Assembly: GCA_027592785.1 (NCBI GenBank)
Contig: JAQCLD010000007.1
Span: 7,995-71,994, forward strand
Length of the DNA stretch: 64,000 bases
Direction of reading: 5' to 3'
Source: Acidobacteriota bacterium
GTDB taxonomy: Bacteria; Acidobacteriota; Terriglobia; Bryobacterales; UBA6623
The notes below the pieces were generated by a model. It made no database searches, was not told the origin of the DNA, and saw nothing but the letters and a program-made list of their open reading frames with translations. Of this stretch, positions 1-9,473 are shown in pieces; position 1 is the first letter of the stretch; each line of letters begins with the position of its first letter. The translations under genes and the position numbers were made by a program.

Positions 1-2328
1 GACGGCAGCAGACCCAGTGACGGATCCGTCGAGCGGCGCTCCACCTAGTTTCAGCTCGATTCGGCCGTTCTTGCTGGCAGCGTCGCCGCTCCAATCACCG
101 AGCTTGACTTGGCCAAACTCTAGGTCTTGAAGTTGCCAAGAGCCGTCTACTTGAAGCTGGTCAAAGTTCATTGGATCTTTCGACGGTGACAGGGCGCCCG
201 CGGCAGCAACGTCAAACGAGAGATTCCCGCGCGCCGTTGCTGCGCGCTCGCCCAGACCAGGCAGGTCTTCGACTTTCAAACTGGAGCCAGCGAGCTGCAA
301 ATCAAACGTCCCTTCGCCGGGAACAAGGCTGCCGCTGCCGGCGATTAGGGCCTCGCCAAGCCGCAGCTCGAGAGCAGCGAGGCGAACTCGATTCGATTCG
401 TAGGCAGCCGAACCGCTAAGCGAATCGAAGGACTGCCCCGAAACAGAGCCTTCAGACACGCGGAAGTCGGCGGTTGCGGCAAGGCTTCGCAACGGCCCCT
501 CGAAGTGGGCGGTCGTCTGCAGCAGGCCATCCACGTCGGCGGCCAGATTAGCTGCGGCCATGAGCTTGGAGAGGAGCAGTCCAGCCGCCTCAACCTGTAG
601 GTTGAACGGCCAATCGGAAGGTTGACCATCCGCGAGATCGACGTGCCCTGAAAATTGAACCGAACCGGTTCCGTCCGCGAGCGTGCCTTGCGTGGCAGTC
701 AGCCTGCCGTCCTCGAACCGCATCGAGGCGACCAGGGAATCCCAGCCATAGTCATGGATTTGGATCGCCCCGGTGGTGATCTCGCCCTGGGCACGCGATT
801 CCGTCGGCCGCGATAGACCGCGCGGACTGGAGATATTGGCGGTCAGGTGCAGCGGACCGCTAAGATGGACGGGGTAGGGTTCGACCGAATATCCGGCAAC
901 GGCCAACAATCTCTCAACTTGTGTCTGGGATTCGGCTCGCGCCTCTAGAGAAACGTCGCTGCTCTGATTTGGACTCAAGATACCGGCAGCGGTGAGATCA
1001 ATGCCCTCGCCCGACCATTCTAAGCTGCGCAATTGAAGCACTTGGCCCACGGAGTAGAACGTTAAGTCCGTGCTTCCGGCCATTCCCGGACGCACTGCAT
1101 CGCCTGGATCCGAGAAGGCGGCGACAGCAGACAGGACGGCTCCACGGGACTCCGATGCGGTGACCTCAAGGGAACCGGTCACTTCCGTCTCCCAATCGAA
1201 TCGCGGAGTAATTGTGCGAAGGAGTTGGCTCACACGAACGCCCGTAAGAGTTCCATCGGCAGTCAATACGGGCTCACCGCGAAGATCCGCGACATTTGCC
1301 TGACCGTTGATGCGTCCTGCTTGCGGCAATTCGAGGACTAAATTCGATACGGAGAGCGCATCGAAGTCGCCTTCGAAATGGGCGCCCAGACGATTGTTCG
1401 AGATCGTGCCGCCGGGTCCTTGAACATGGACATCCGTTGCTTGCACGTCGCCTGAGTATGCCGCCGATTCGCCGCGCGCTCTCGTCAATCGGCCCGAACC
1501 GATCGCGGCGCCGGCGATTCTCCACGGATTCGGAAGGCTGGGGACAATGTCCTCCAACGGCGACTCGAAAGAGTACTCGAAGTCGAGCGCCGGATCTGCC
1601 AGAGGCGCCGCGGTTCCCGACGCTTTCCACGTTCCAAAAGCCGTAGCGACCAACTCGGCGGCGCGCACTTCGAGGCTGTTTGAGCAGAGCTGGAGGTCTG
1701 CCGAAACTACTCCGTCAAGACTTACGCCGGCGGTCTGGGCCTGTAGATTTTGCAGTTGTCCATTGATGGCGTAGCAACTACTGGTATCCAACGCGGCGAT
1801 CAGGGCGACATTCTCGGCGGAGACGTCCAGGTTGTAGGGTTCTCCATTGAAATTGATGCGCCCTTGGGCTATCTCCAGTCGACCCAGGTCGATATTCGCT
1901 ATCTCCAGCCGCGGCCCGCCCGAGATGCGAGCGGGCCAGTTCGTAGAACCGTCTTCGGCGATGTTTAGTTGGATGAGCGGCCGATCCAGCTTCAGGTAAT
2001 CGAGACGAACGCTGGGGGACAAGATCGACCGGATGCTGATGCCGAGTGATGCGACCGGTACGACCAAGAAGGGATCCGTCTGCTGCGGGACTCGGACACG
2101 GAGATTCAGCAACTCTAGGGTCCAGGCGGAGGGGTCGAAGCGGAGGGCCTCCAGCTCAGCTACGCCTCCGGTCGCTTGTTCTAGTTCAGCAATCACGCGC
2201 AATCGAAGCTGTTCGGTTAACCAATCGCTGCGAAGCAACGCGTACACGCCCGCGAACGCAAGCAAAACGAGCAAGAGGAAGGCCAGACCTGCGCGTTTCC
2301 AGGTGAATCGCCTCGGGGAGTCGTCCAT
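1..2328 (-). CDS. TamB/AsmA-like translocation-and-assembly protein, N-terminal 776 codons (3' end lies beyond the left window edge)
   Basis: Absent from the supplied ORF track because it has no stop inside the window. I read plus-strand frame-1 triplets from 1 to 2328 and found no tta/cta/tca, so there are 776 uninterrupted minus-strand codons from ATG at 2328-2326. The N-terminus MDDSPRRFTWKRAGLAFLLLVLLAFAGVYALL is a short tail plus one TM anchor, followed by a long repetitive G/S/L/D/A-rich region. The start overlaps the upstream stop (TAATG). It is the third gene after bamA. Confidence 0.6.
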   Translation of the reverse strand, partial: MDDSPRRFTWKRAGLAFLLLVLLAFAGVYALLRSDWLTEQLRLRVIAELEQATGGVAELEALRFDPSAWTLELLNLRVRVPQQTDPFLVVPVASLGISIRSILSPSVRLDYLKLDRPLIQLNIAEDGSTNWPARISGGPRLEIANIDLGRLEIAQGRINFNGEPYNLDVSAENVALIAALDTSSCYAINGQLQNLQAQTAGVSLDGVVSADLQLCSNSLEVRAAELVATAFGTWKASGTAAPLADPALDFEYSFESPLEDIVPSLPNPWRIAGAAIGSGRLTRARGESAAYSGDVQATDVHVQGPGGTISNNRLGAHFEGDFDALSVSNLVLELPQAGRINGQANVADLRGEPVLTADGTLTGVRVSQLLRTITPRFDWETEVTGSLEVTASESRGAVLSAVAAFSDPGDAVRPGMAGSTDLTFYSVGQVLQLRSLEWSGEGIDLTAAGILSPNQSSDVSLEARAESQTQVERLLAVAGYSVEPYPVHLSGPLHLTANISSPRGLSRPTESRAQGEITTGAIQIHDYGWDSLVASMRFEDGRLTATQGTLADGTGSVQFSGHVDLADGQPSDWPFNLQVEAAGLLLSKLMAAANLAADVDGLLQTTAHFEGPLRSLAATADFRVSEGSVSGQSFDSLSGSAAYESNRVRLAALELRLGEALIAGSGSLVPGEGTFDLQLAGSSLKVEDLPGLGERAATARGNLSFDVAAAGALSPSKDPMNFDQLQVDGSWQLQDLEFGQVKLGDWSGDAASKNGRIELKLGGAPLDGSVTGSAAV

Positions 2329-2996
2329 TAGGGCACCCTTCCTGGCTGCGTAATCGCCGAGCGATCGATCCTCTCAAGACGAACAACCCTATGGTCCGCC
2401 CGTAGCTGTCGGATGTGTTGCTCGAGTAGTCTTTCGACTCGGGCGTCCAACACTTCGTTTCGAAGTCCTGGAGCAGCCAGTTCCAGGGACGGAGCGTCGC
2501 GGTCAGGCGTCCGGCCGTACTTGGCCCGGTAAGCTTGCTGCAACACTTCGTCTCCCACGGTTTGGCCCGTGCGGAAACGAAACTCCACGTAGCGGCTGAA
2601 TTCAACCTGAAGCACAAAAAACTCGAGCGCCTGGGCTTCGCTAACGCCGTACTTTCGAAGCGCCGGCGCAAACGACACGCTGCCGAACGACTGCCCTTGC
2701 AGTTGAGCCAGCAAGTTGGCTCGTTCGTCGGAGGACATAGGCTGCAGGCCCGTTAGGCGAATGTCATTGGCGATGAGCCGCTGATCGATTAGCCTATCGA
2801 GTACTCGCTCGCGCTCATCGGCGGCATCGATAATCTCCGCGGCGTTGGCCAGGGCTTCGAGGCGCCGCTGCAAGACAACCTCGCTCTCTGTGATGGTCCC
2901 GTCCTCGACGATCGCTACCGTGCGGTCAATCATCTGTGCCGTCATCGACTCGCATAGAGCCACGACAACAAGCGCCAATAATGAGCGACGCAACAT
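2328..2996 (-). CDS. Periplasmic chaperone with SurA N-terminal-like domain (no PPIase domain seen)
   Basis: Signal peptide MLRRSLLALVVVALCES. Helical chaperone-like sequence (VAIVEDGTITESEV..LDRLIDQRLI). The ATG at 2996 shares one base with the bamA stop, and a TTG at 2999 is an alternative start. Confidence 0.55.
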   Translation of the reverse strand: MLRRSLLALVVVALCESMTAQMIDRTVAIVEDGTITESEVVLQRRLEALANAAEIIDAADERERVLDRLIDQRLIANDIRLTGLQPMSSDERANLLAQLQGQSFGSVSFAPALRKYGVSEAQALEFFVLQVEFSRYVEFRFRTGQTVGDEVLQQAYRAKYGRTPDRDAPSLELAAPGLRNEVLDARVERLLEQHIRQLRADHRVVRLERIDRSAITQPGRVP

Positions 2997-5926
2997 CAAA
3001 ACGTTTGCCCTAACGAAAAGTGGAACTGTACATGAGAAAGGCGCTGTTGGGTGCGGGCGATGCCCTCACCCGGGTCGGTATAGTACCGCGGCGGATTGAT
3101 GCTGTAACCCACGTCGACGCGGATCGGCCCAATTGGCGTGCGGTATCGAAGACCCAGCCCCAGCGCATGGACCATGTAATCAAAGTCGACTGCGTCATCC
3201 CCTTGATCGTTCTTCGCGACTGCCTGCCGAGGGTCGAATGACAGGTTCGAAAGCCTTGAGAATACATTCCCGGCGTCGTGGAAAAGCACCCCGCTAGTGC
3301 TGTCTCCCATAACCGGAAAGCGCAGCTCCACACTATTGAGAAATAGCGCGCCGCCGCCGATTGGGCCGCCGCGAGTCAGGCTGCGCGGGCCGGCTTCGTT
3401 GATAGAGAAGCCGCGGTTGGCGGACGGGCCGCCGCCGAAGAATCTCTCTACTAAAGGAATGCGCGAATCCGGCACGCCGAAGGGAGTGTCGGTCTCTGTC
3501 CCTTCGGCTGGATCCAGCGTCGGAGTCTTGCCCCAGGGAAGGAAGAATCCGAGCTGCGTGGTTCGAGCCAAGACGACGCGCTTGGTGAGGCTGTAGTAGG
3601 TGCTGTTCTGAGAGAATACTCGAGCGAAGTCAGGTTCGGATCCCCAATACTTCGACGCAAAGCTCAAATCGACGCTGTTGAAAAGCCCTCTGGTGGAATC
3701 AGTTGGATCATCACGGCGATCCTGGATGTACGTCCCAGAGATCAGCGCCGTACGAACAGCGCGCCCATCCACGGGCACCAGTGCGGCGCTTATGCTGCTG
3801 GCATCGAGAGTCGTGCGTCGATAGGTGTAGCGGTATAGGGCGGTTGAGGGTTTGCTCAGGTTTTGTTCCAGCTGGAAGACTCCCTCCAACTTGCGTCCGG
3901 AGAAAGTGGAGAAGTTGCGGAACCTGTCGACTAGGCCGCTGGTGGTCATCTTCCACTTTTCAGAGCCGGTCCAGCGCGGGTTTTCATAGGAAAAAAGGAT
4001 GCGCTGCTGGAGTTCGGAGACCCGCGAACGAAATGAAATGGTGTGGCCCTTGCCGCGCAGATTGAGACGATTCACTTCGACGGTGGCCCGCGGGACAAAA
4101 CGGAGCTCGGCGGAATCGACGTTGGTGTCCGACGCGCGCGCGATACGTCCGAACTCACCACCGGGACCAAAACCAAAGGTCCATCGGCGAGCCTCTTGGA
4201 GGCGCACTAGCAGCGTCTTGCGGGCCTCTTCGCCTTCAGGGTTCTGCACCTCGATATCCACTTTCGTGAAAACCCCAAGGTCGTACAGACGCCGTTGGGT
4301 TTCAAACATGGCCGTTTGAGAAAGCGGGGCGTCGGGAGACAGCAGCAGCTGAGAATCGACCAACTCGGGCTCTGTTTGGACCAAGCCGCTAACGATGGCT
4401 CGATCGATGAACAATTGCGAGCCCTCAATCACGTTGTAAGCGAGCTCGACGCGGTAAGGGTCCGCGGTAGGCGTGACGGTCCAGGAGAACGTTGCGTCTT
4501 GATAGCCCGAGTCTAAATAGTCGCTCAGAATTAAGTCTCGATCGGTAGCGATATGCGATTCGCTGAACGCTTGACCTTCGGCAGATGCCAGCTGGAAATA
4601 GCGACCGGCTATAGGGTACATATCGTCGCCTGTCACGGTGAGCTTGTCGACGATCGTCGGCCGCCCTTCGGTCACCACGAAAGATAGTTCACCGACGCCT
4701 CGCGAAGTATCGAGGTTGGAAAGGATCTGGACGTCTCGGAAGCCATTGAGCAGATAAAGATTGCGGATCGCGTCGACGTCCCGCTGCAACAGGCCCGTGC
4801 TAAAGGCTCCTCGGCGCTGACGTAGAGTGCCGGGCCTAACCAGGACGCGTTCGTTAATCGTCTGCATATCGAAGTAACGGACGCCACGGATATCAACGCT
4901 GGCCAGATTCATGCGCCTGCCGCGATCGACTCGATAAACTACCGCTGCCTGTTCCACGCGGTCTCTCTCCAACTGAAAGTCCACCTTGGCATCAAGATAA
5001 CCTTTGAGCTGGAGATAATCCCTTAGGTTCCGAGCTCCTTCGGCCATCAAGCCTAGGTCAGCCGCCCCCTGATCGTATATAGGCAGCAAGGTACGACGCC
5101 GAGCTTCGCTGAGTTCGACGCCCTCGAGGCGCACTTCGATTCGAGGACCTTTTGTGGCATTGATCACGAGGTTGGCGACGTTTTGATCTGGATCGTGGTC
5201 CTTGGCGACAACAGACACATCCGCCTGCCAGTAGCCTTGCGTGCGTAGTTCTTGCCGTAACCGGTCAAGGCCGTTTAGCAGACGCTCAAAGGTAAATTCC
5301 TTCCCGGCCTTCCACTCCGCAATAAGATTCGCTTCCGAGACGCTCCAGCCAGCGTCGCCTGTCAGCAACAGCCGGCCAAACGAGGCGCGAGGCAGATGCC
5401 GCACCCGAAATTGGATGTCAGCCTGCTGGTCTTCCGTATGGCGGTCGACCACGACCTCAATTAGAGGACTCATGAGGCCGTTGTCGATTAAGAGATCGCG
5501 GAGACTGCCGAGCGCGTCGGCCTCTTTCCTGGGAGTGTACACTTCGCCCAAGCGCAAACTGGTTGCGTTGACGAGTTGATTCAGATTGGGAGGTCCCTCA
5601 ACGCCGACTACCGTCACGGAACCCACGAACCAGCTCGGCTCAGTGTAGAAAATCACGCTGACGCCAGCCGCTGTGAGCGCAGTATCAACTTCGATGTTGG
5701 CGAAGCGGCCGGTACTGAACAAGCTGTGGACAGACTGAGTGATATCCTCAGCCGCGAGCGATTGGCCGGTCTCGATGCTGAGGAGCGGCAGCAACTCCTT
5801 TTCTGTCAAGGGTTGCGCGCGAGGAACGAACCGAATCTGGTCGACGGGTTGGCCCTCCCATTCTGCTGACGAGGCGGCCTGCCCGCAAAGCAGTGCCATC
5901 AGCACGATCACTGAAAACCGAAACAC
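2996..5926 (-). CDS. bamA: Outer membrane protein assembly factor BamA (976 aa)
   Basis: Signal peptide MFRFSVIVLMALLCGQAASSAEW, POTRA-like repeats and a C-terminal Omp85 barrel ending in ...HFSLGQTF (terminal aromatic residue). Confidence 0.9.
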   Translation of the reverse strand: MFRFSVIVLMALLCGQAASSAEWEGQPVDQIRFVPRAQPLTEKELLPLLSIETGQSLAAEDITQSVHSLFSTGRFANIEVDTALTAAGVSVIFYTEPSWFVGSVTVVGVEGPPNLNQLVNATSLRLGEVYTPRKEADALGSLRDLLIDNGLMSPLIEVVVDRHTEDQQADIQFRVRHLPRASFGRLLLTGDAGWSVSEANLIAEWKAGKEFTFERLLNGLDRLRQELRTQGYWQADVSVVAKDHDPDQNVANLVINATKGPRIEVRLEGVELSEARRRTLLPIYDQGAADLGLMAEGARNLRDYLQLKGYLDAKVDFQLERDRVEQAAVVYRVDRGRRMNLASVDIRGVRYFDMQTINERVLVRPGTLRQRRGAFSTGLLQRDVDAIRNLYLLNGFRDVQILSNLDTSRGVGELSFVVTEGRPTIVDKLTVTGDDMYPIAGRYFQLASAEGQAFSESHIATDRDLILSDYLDSGYQDATFSWTVTPTADPYRVELAYNVIEGSQLFIDRAIVSGLVQTEPELVDSQLLLSPDAPLSQTAMFETQRRLYDLGVFTKVDIEVQNPEGEEARKTLLVRLQEARRWTFGFGPGGEFGRIARASDTNVDSAELRFVPRATVEVNRLNLRGKGHTISFRSRVSELQQRILFSYENPRWTGSEKWKMTTSGLVDRFRNFSTFSGRKLEGVFQLEQNLSKPSTALYRYTYRRTTLDASSISAALVPVDGRAVRTALISGTYIQDRRDDPTDSTRGLFNSVDLSFASKYWGSEPDFARVFSQNSTYYSLTKRVVLARTTQLGFFLPWGKTPTLDPAEGTETDTPFGVPDSRIPLVERFFGGGPSANRGFSINEAGPRSLTRGGPIGGGALFLNSVELRFPVMGDSTSGVLFHDAGNVFSRLSNLSFDPRQAVAKNDQGDDAVDFDYMVHALGLGLRYRTPIGPIRVDVGYSINPPRYYTDPGEGIARTQQRLSHVQFHFSLGQTF

Positions 5927-6008
5927 TGCTATGGCAATTATAGGACGCTCTGGAGTCCAGAAGCGTTGCGCACCACGTGGCGGACGAGGGCGCTGGTACG
6001 ATCAGACG

Positions 6009-7049
6009 ATGGCAGCAGATTTGCCAAACGGCGGGAGTTCGACCGAGAAGTACTCCCGACAGACGCTCTTCGCGCCCCTTGGCGAGCGGGGCCAGCGACG
6101 TTTGATGTCCTCGCGGGCCGTGATCGTTGGATGCGGCGCCTTGGGCAGCTTTCACGCCTCGGCTTTGGCTCGAGCCGGGGTGGGCGAACTCATTCTGATC
6201 GACCGCGATTATGTAGAGGAGAGCAACCTCCAACGGCAGTGGCTCTACGACGAGTCGGACGCACGTGAAGGCCTGCCGAAGGCCATCGCCGCGGAACGGA
6301 AACTGCGAGCCGTGAATTCAGAGATCTCGGTGACGGGCATCGTGACCGATGTTGACGCCACCAACGTTGAGCGACTGATCAAGGATGCTGATGTCATCCT
6401 CGACGGATCGGATAATTTTGCGGTGCGCTATCTGGTCAATGAAGCCGCGGTGAAGAACTCGATTCCGTGGATCTACGGTGCGGCAGTTGGAAGTTATGGT
6501 GTCACCGCAACGATCCTGCCGGGTCGGACCCCCTGTCTTGCCTGCCTATTGCCTGACGTTCCCGGCGGCGCCCAGCCTACCTGCGATACGGCGGGAATTT
6601 TGAATGTAGCCGCCTCGGCGGTCGCGTCTTTCCAGGTCGCCAATGCGCTGAAGATCCTCAGCGGACAGTCTGAGGCCGTCGAACCTCGTCTGTTGACGTT
6701 AGATGTTTGGCAAGGTTCGCCTCGGTCAATCGGTGTGGGCGATCCGGATCCTGAATGCCGCGTCTGCGCTCACCATGAATTCAATTTGTTGGATGCCGCG
6801 GGAACTCGGCCAGGCACGATTCTGTGCGGCAGAAATGCCATCCAAGTCAGCGGTGATTCGCCTATCGATATCGAGATTCTGGCTACGCGACTCGGCACAT
6901 TGGGCGAAGTGCGGGCTAACGAGTACGCCTTGAGGTTCGTCACGCCGCCCTACGAAATGACGATATTCGTAGACGGTCGGGCGATCATCAAAGGTACCGA
7001 CGATCCGGCGAAAGCCAGAAGCCTCTACTCGCGTTTCCTCGGACGGTGA
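6009..7049 (+). CDS. ThiF/MoeB-family E1-like adenylyltransferase with Bacillus-type C-terminal domain
   Basis: YSRQTLF..., nucleotide-binding loop VIVGCGALGS, DRDYVEESNLQRQ, CLAC...C..C zinc motif, and C-terminal ...IFVDGRAIIKGTDDPAKARSLYSRFLG. The track ORF starts at 5739 inside bamA. ATG 6009 (or 5931) is the plausible start. Confidence 0.8.
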   Translation: MAADLPNGGSSTEKYSRQTLFAPLGERGQRRLMSSRAVIVGCGALGSFHASALARAGVGELILIDRDYVEESNLQRQWLYDESDAREGLPKAIAAERKLRAVNSEISVTGIVTDVDATNVERLIKDADVILDGSDNFAVRYLVNEAAVKNSIPWIYGAAVGSYGVTATILPGRTPCLACLLPDVPGGAQPTCDTAGILNVAASAVASFQVANALKILSGQSEAVEPRLLTLDVWQGSPRSIGVGDPDPECRVCAHHEFNLLDAAGTRPGTILCGRNAIQVSGDSPIDIEILATRLGTLGEVRANEYALRFVTPPYEMTIFVDGRAIIKGTDDPAKARSLYSRFLGR

Positions 7050-7303
7050 GTCGCGCCCCAAGATACGCTAGCGCCGGCCGCGCAAGCCAAAGCAATTCCT
7101 AGCCAGAGGTGCCAGCGGTGCACAACCGAACTGGCTACGCCGTTGTACGGGCCGCCAATATCATCAACAAGGAGAACCGCGAAGCGGTAAGCGGCCGCGA
7201 TCGCACAAAGAGCAAGAGTCAACGCGACAGCGCGCCGGACCATTCCCCCGCGTGAACCGCGCAAGATCATCAGAGGCGGACTCCGGCGGATAACTACTTT
7301 CAC
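7025..7303 (-). CDS. Hypothetical small membrane protein (two predicted TM helices)
   Basis: ORF only, with hydrophobic stretches AVALTLALCAIAAAY and LWLGIALACAAGASV. Its 3' end overlaps the thiF-like gene end. No recognisable family. Confidence 0.3.
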   Translation of the reverse strand: MKVVIRRSPPLMILRGSRGGMVRRAVALTLALCAIAAAYRFAVLLVDDIGGPYNGVASSVVHRWHLWLGIALACAAGASVSWGATHRPRKRE

Positions 7304-7357
7304 GACACAAAGTCCCCTCGGCTACACTTTACAACTCCGAGCAGCGCGCTGCTCGAA

Positions 7358-8137
7358 TTGGCTATCTTCGAGTCGACGCCGATGCCGCGGGCCATTCTCA
7401 CTTACCACTCCATCGACGACTCGGGCTCGATAGTTTCCACTACGACAGAAACACTTAGGCTGCATCTAGCGAGCCTGGTCGCGCAGGGTGTCGAGGTCGT
7501 CGCGCCAGGCGAGGTCGCCGAGGCTAGGTCGCCCTCCGCGGTCGCTCTGACATTTGACGACGGATTCGCGAATTTCTACACCGATGCCTTTCCCGCGCTA
7601 TCGCTCAACGGGCTCACAGCAACGGTTCTAATCGTGGCCGGCAGGTGCGGTCAGAGCGGCGACTGGGCGCGGCAACCGCCCGCATTGAAGACTCGCGAAC
7701 TGTTGACCTGGTCTAAGATTCAGGAGCTGCAAGCCGCCGGTATTGAGTTCGGCGCACATAGCATGACGCACCCGTCGTTACCCGATCTTCCGATCGACAA
7801 AGCCGCCTCGGAGATCTTGGATAGTAAACGCGCAATCGAAGATCGCACGGGCGCGGCGGTGGAATGTTTCGCGTATCCCTATGGGGAATACACTCAACCG
7901 ATCGCCGATGTCGTAGCCGAGAACTTTCGAATCGGACTTTCGACCGAAATGGGCTTCGTTACGCGTGGCTCAAGTTTTGAAGCGCTTGAGCGCATTGACG
8001 CCTACTACCTGCGGAGTGCGTTCTGGATAGATCGCCTATTCGCGCCGCTTGGCGGACGCTACATTGCCTGTCGGGCGGCTGCGCGTGGGCTCAAGAAACG
8101 ATTCGAGAAGATCACCGCGAGAGCAAGCGCTCAATGA
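7358..8137 (+). CDS. Polysaccharide deacetylase (NodB homology domain)
   Basis: ILTYHSIDDSG, ALTFDDGFANFY and HSMTHPSLPDL motifs. TTG start. Confidence 0.8.
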   Translation: MAIFESTPMPRAILTYHSIDDSGSIVSTTTETLRLHLASLVAQGVEVVAPGEVAEARSPSAVALTFDDGFANFYTDAFPALSLNGLTATVLIVAGRCGQSGDWARQPPALKTRELLTWSKIQELQAAGIEFGAHSMTHPSLPDLPIDKAASEILDSKRAIEDRTGAAVECFAYPYGEYTQPIADVVAENFRIGLSTEMGFVTRGSSFEALERIDAYYLRSAFWIDRLFAPLGGRYIACRAAARGLKKRFEKITARASAQ

Positions 8138-9455
8138 AGTGCGTATCGTAATCGCCGCCGATAAAGCCCTCATCCGCGAGAATGCGCTGTTGCAGAGGTA
8201 TCGACGTGTGGATTCCCTCAACGACGAAAACGTCCAGCGCCCGCCGCATGCGAGCCATCGAGTCAGTTCGATTCGGTCCATGCACGATGAGCTTGGCGAC
8301 TAGCGAGTCGTAATAAGGGGGCACGAACCAGTCTGAATAGGCGGCAGAATCGACTCTAACGCCGATTCCTCCGGGAGGGACGAATTTGGTAATGAGTCCG
8401 GCCGAAGGAGCGAATGTATCGGGATTCTCCGCGTTAATCCGACACTCAATCGCGTGGCCCTTGATCTCGATCGTTTCGGGCAAGATATCTTCGATTCGAG
8501 CGCCGGCAGCGAGCAGCAATTGGCTCTTCACCAAGTCAACGCCGGTCACCATCTCGGTCACGGGATGCTCCACTTGGATGCGGGCATTCAGTTCGATGAA
8601 ATGAAGTTCTCCCTGCTCATCCATTAAGAATTCGACCGTTCCGGCGTTCGAGTAACCAATAGCGGAGAGAGCTCCTTCAATCGTCTTGCCGATCCTATCC
8701 CGCAGCTCGGCGCTGACCCGGCTGGACGGAGCCTCCTCCAGCAGTTTCTGATGGCGGCGTTGGACAGAGCATTCGCGCTCACCCAGGGAAACGACGCGGC
8801 CGTAGTTGTCGCCGAGAACCTGAAACTCAATGTGACGCGGGCGATCGATAAACTTCTCGATGTAGACGTCAGCGCAGCTAAAGCTTGCGGCGGCCTCGTT
8901 CTGGGCCTGATTGTAGGCGGATTCGAGATCCTTGCTCTGCCGCACGACGCGCATGCCTCGTCCACCGCCGCCGGCTGCCGCCTTGATGATCAGCGGATAG
9001 CCGATATCTTCCGACGCTTTCCTCGCGTCGTCGAAAGAATCGAGGGCTTCTTCGGTTCCCGGAAGGATAGGGACTCCGGCTTCGCGCATCGCGCGCCTGG
9101 CGCGGGCTTTGTCGCCCATCAAGCGAATCGCGTGGGAAGGCGGTCCGATGAATGCCAATCCGGAGACTTCGCAAACCTCCGCGAAGGCGGCGTTCTCAGC
9201 CAGAAAACCGTATCCCGGATGGATCGCATCGGCTCCGGTGATCTCGGCTGCACTGATGACGGACGGAACATTTAGATAGCTGTCAGCCGCTTTCGCAGGT
9301 CCGATGCACAGCGCTTCGTCGGCATGACGCACGTGCAGGGCGCTTCGATCGGCCTCAGAGTAGACGGCGACCGTACGAATGCCGAGGTCCTTGCAAGCGG
9401 CAATGACTCGAACGGCGATCTCGCCGCGGTTGGCTATGAGGACTTTCTCAAACAT
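8112..9455 (-). CDS. accC: Acetyl-CoA carboxylase biotin carboxylase subunit
   Basis: MFEKVLIANRGEIAVRVIAACKDLGI... and ATP-grasp motifs over the full length (447 aa). Confidence 0.95.
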   Translation of the reverse strand: MFEKVLIANRGEIAVRVIAACKDLGIRTVAVYSEADRSALHVRHADEALCIGPAKAADSYLNVPSVISAAEITGADAIHPGYGFLAENAAFAEVCEVSGLAFIGPPSHAIRLMGDKARARRAMREAGVPILPGTEEALDSFDDARKASEDIGYPLIIKAAAGGGGRGMRVVRQSKDLESAYNQAQNEAAASFSCADVYIEKFIDRPRHIEFQVLGDNYGRVVSLGERECSVQRRHQKLLEEAPSSRVSAELRDRIGKTIEGALSAIGYSNAGTVEFLMDEQGELHFIELNARIQVEHPVTEMVTGVDLVKSQLLLAAGARIEDILPETIEIKGHAIECRINAENPDTFAPSAGLITKFVPPGGIGVRVDSAAYSDWFVPPYYDSLVAKLIVHGPNRTDSMARMRRALDVFVVEGIHTSIPLQQRILADEGFIGGDYDTHFIERLLSR

Positions 9456-9473
9456 GAACCGACTGCGGGTTTC

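Noticed and set aside
5739-6008. Long N-terminal extensions of track ORFs (for example thiF-like 5739, cysM 63361, thioredoxin 16444, gltB 41255, NHL protein 35213, MauE-Trx 44927, ligase 58877)
   Set aside because: The extensions overlap neighbouring genes or have no homology-like sequence. Internal ATG codons coincide with the expected family N-termini, often with an SD-like motif, so I used the shorter coordinates.
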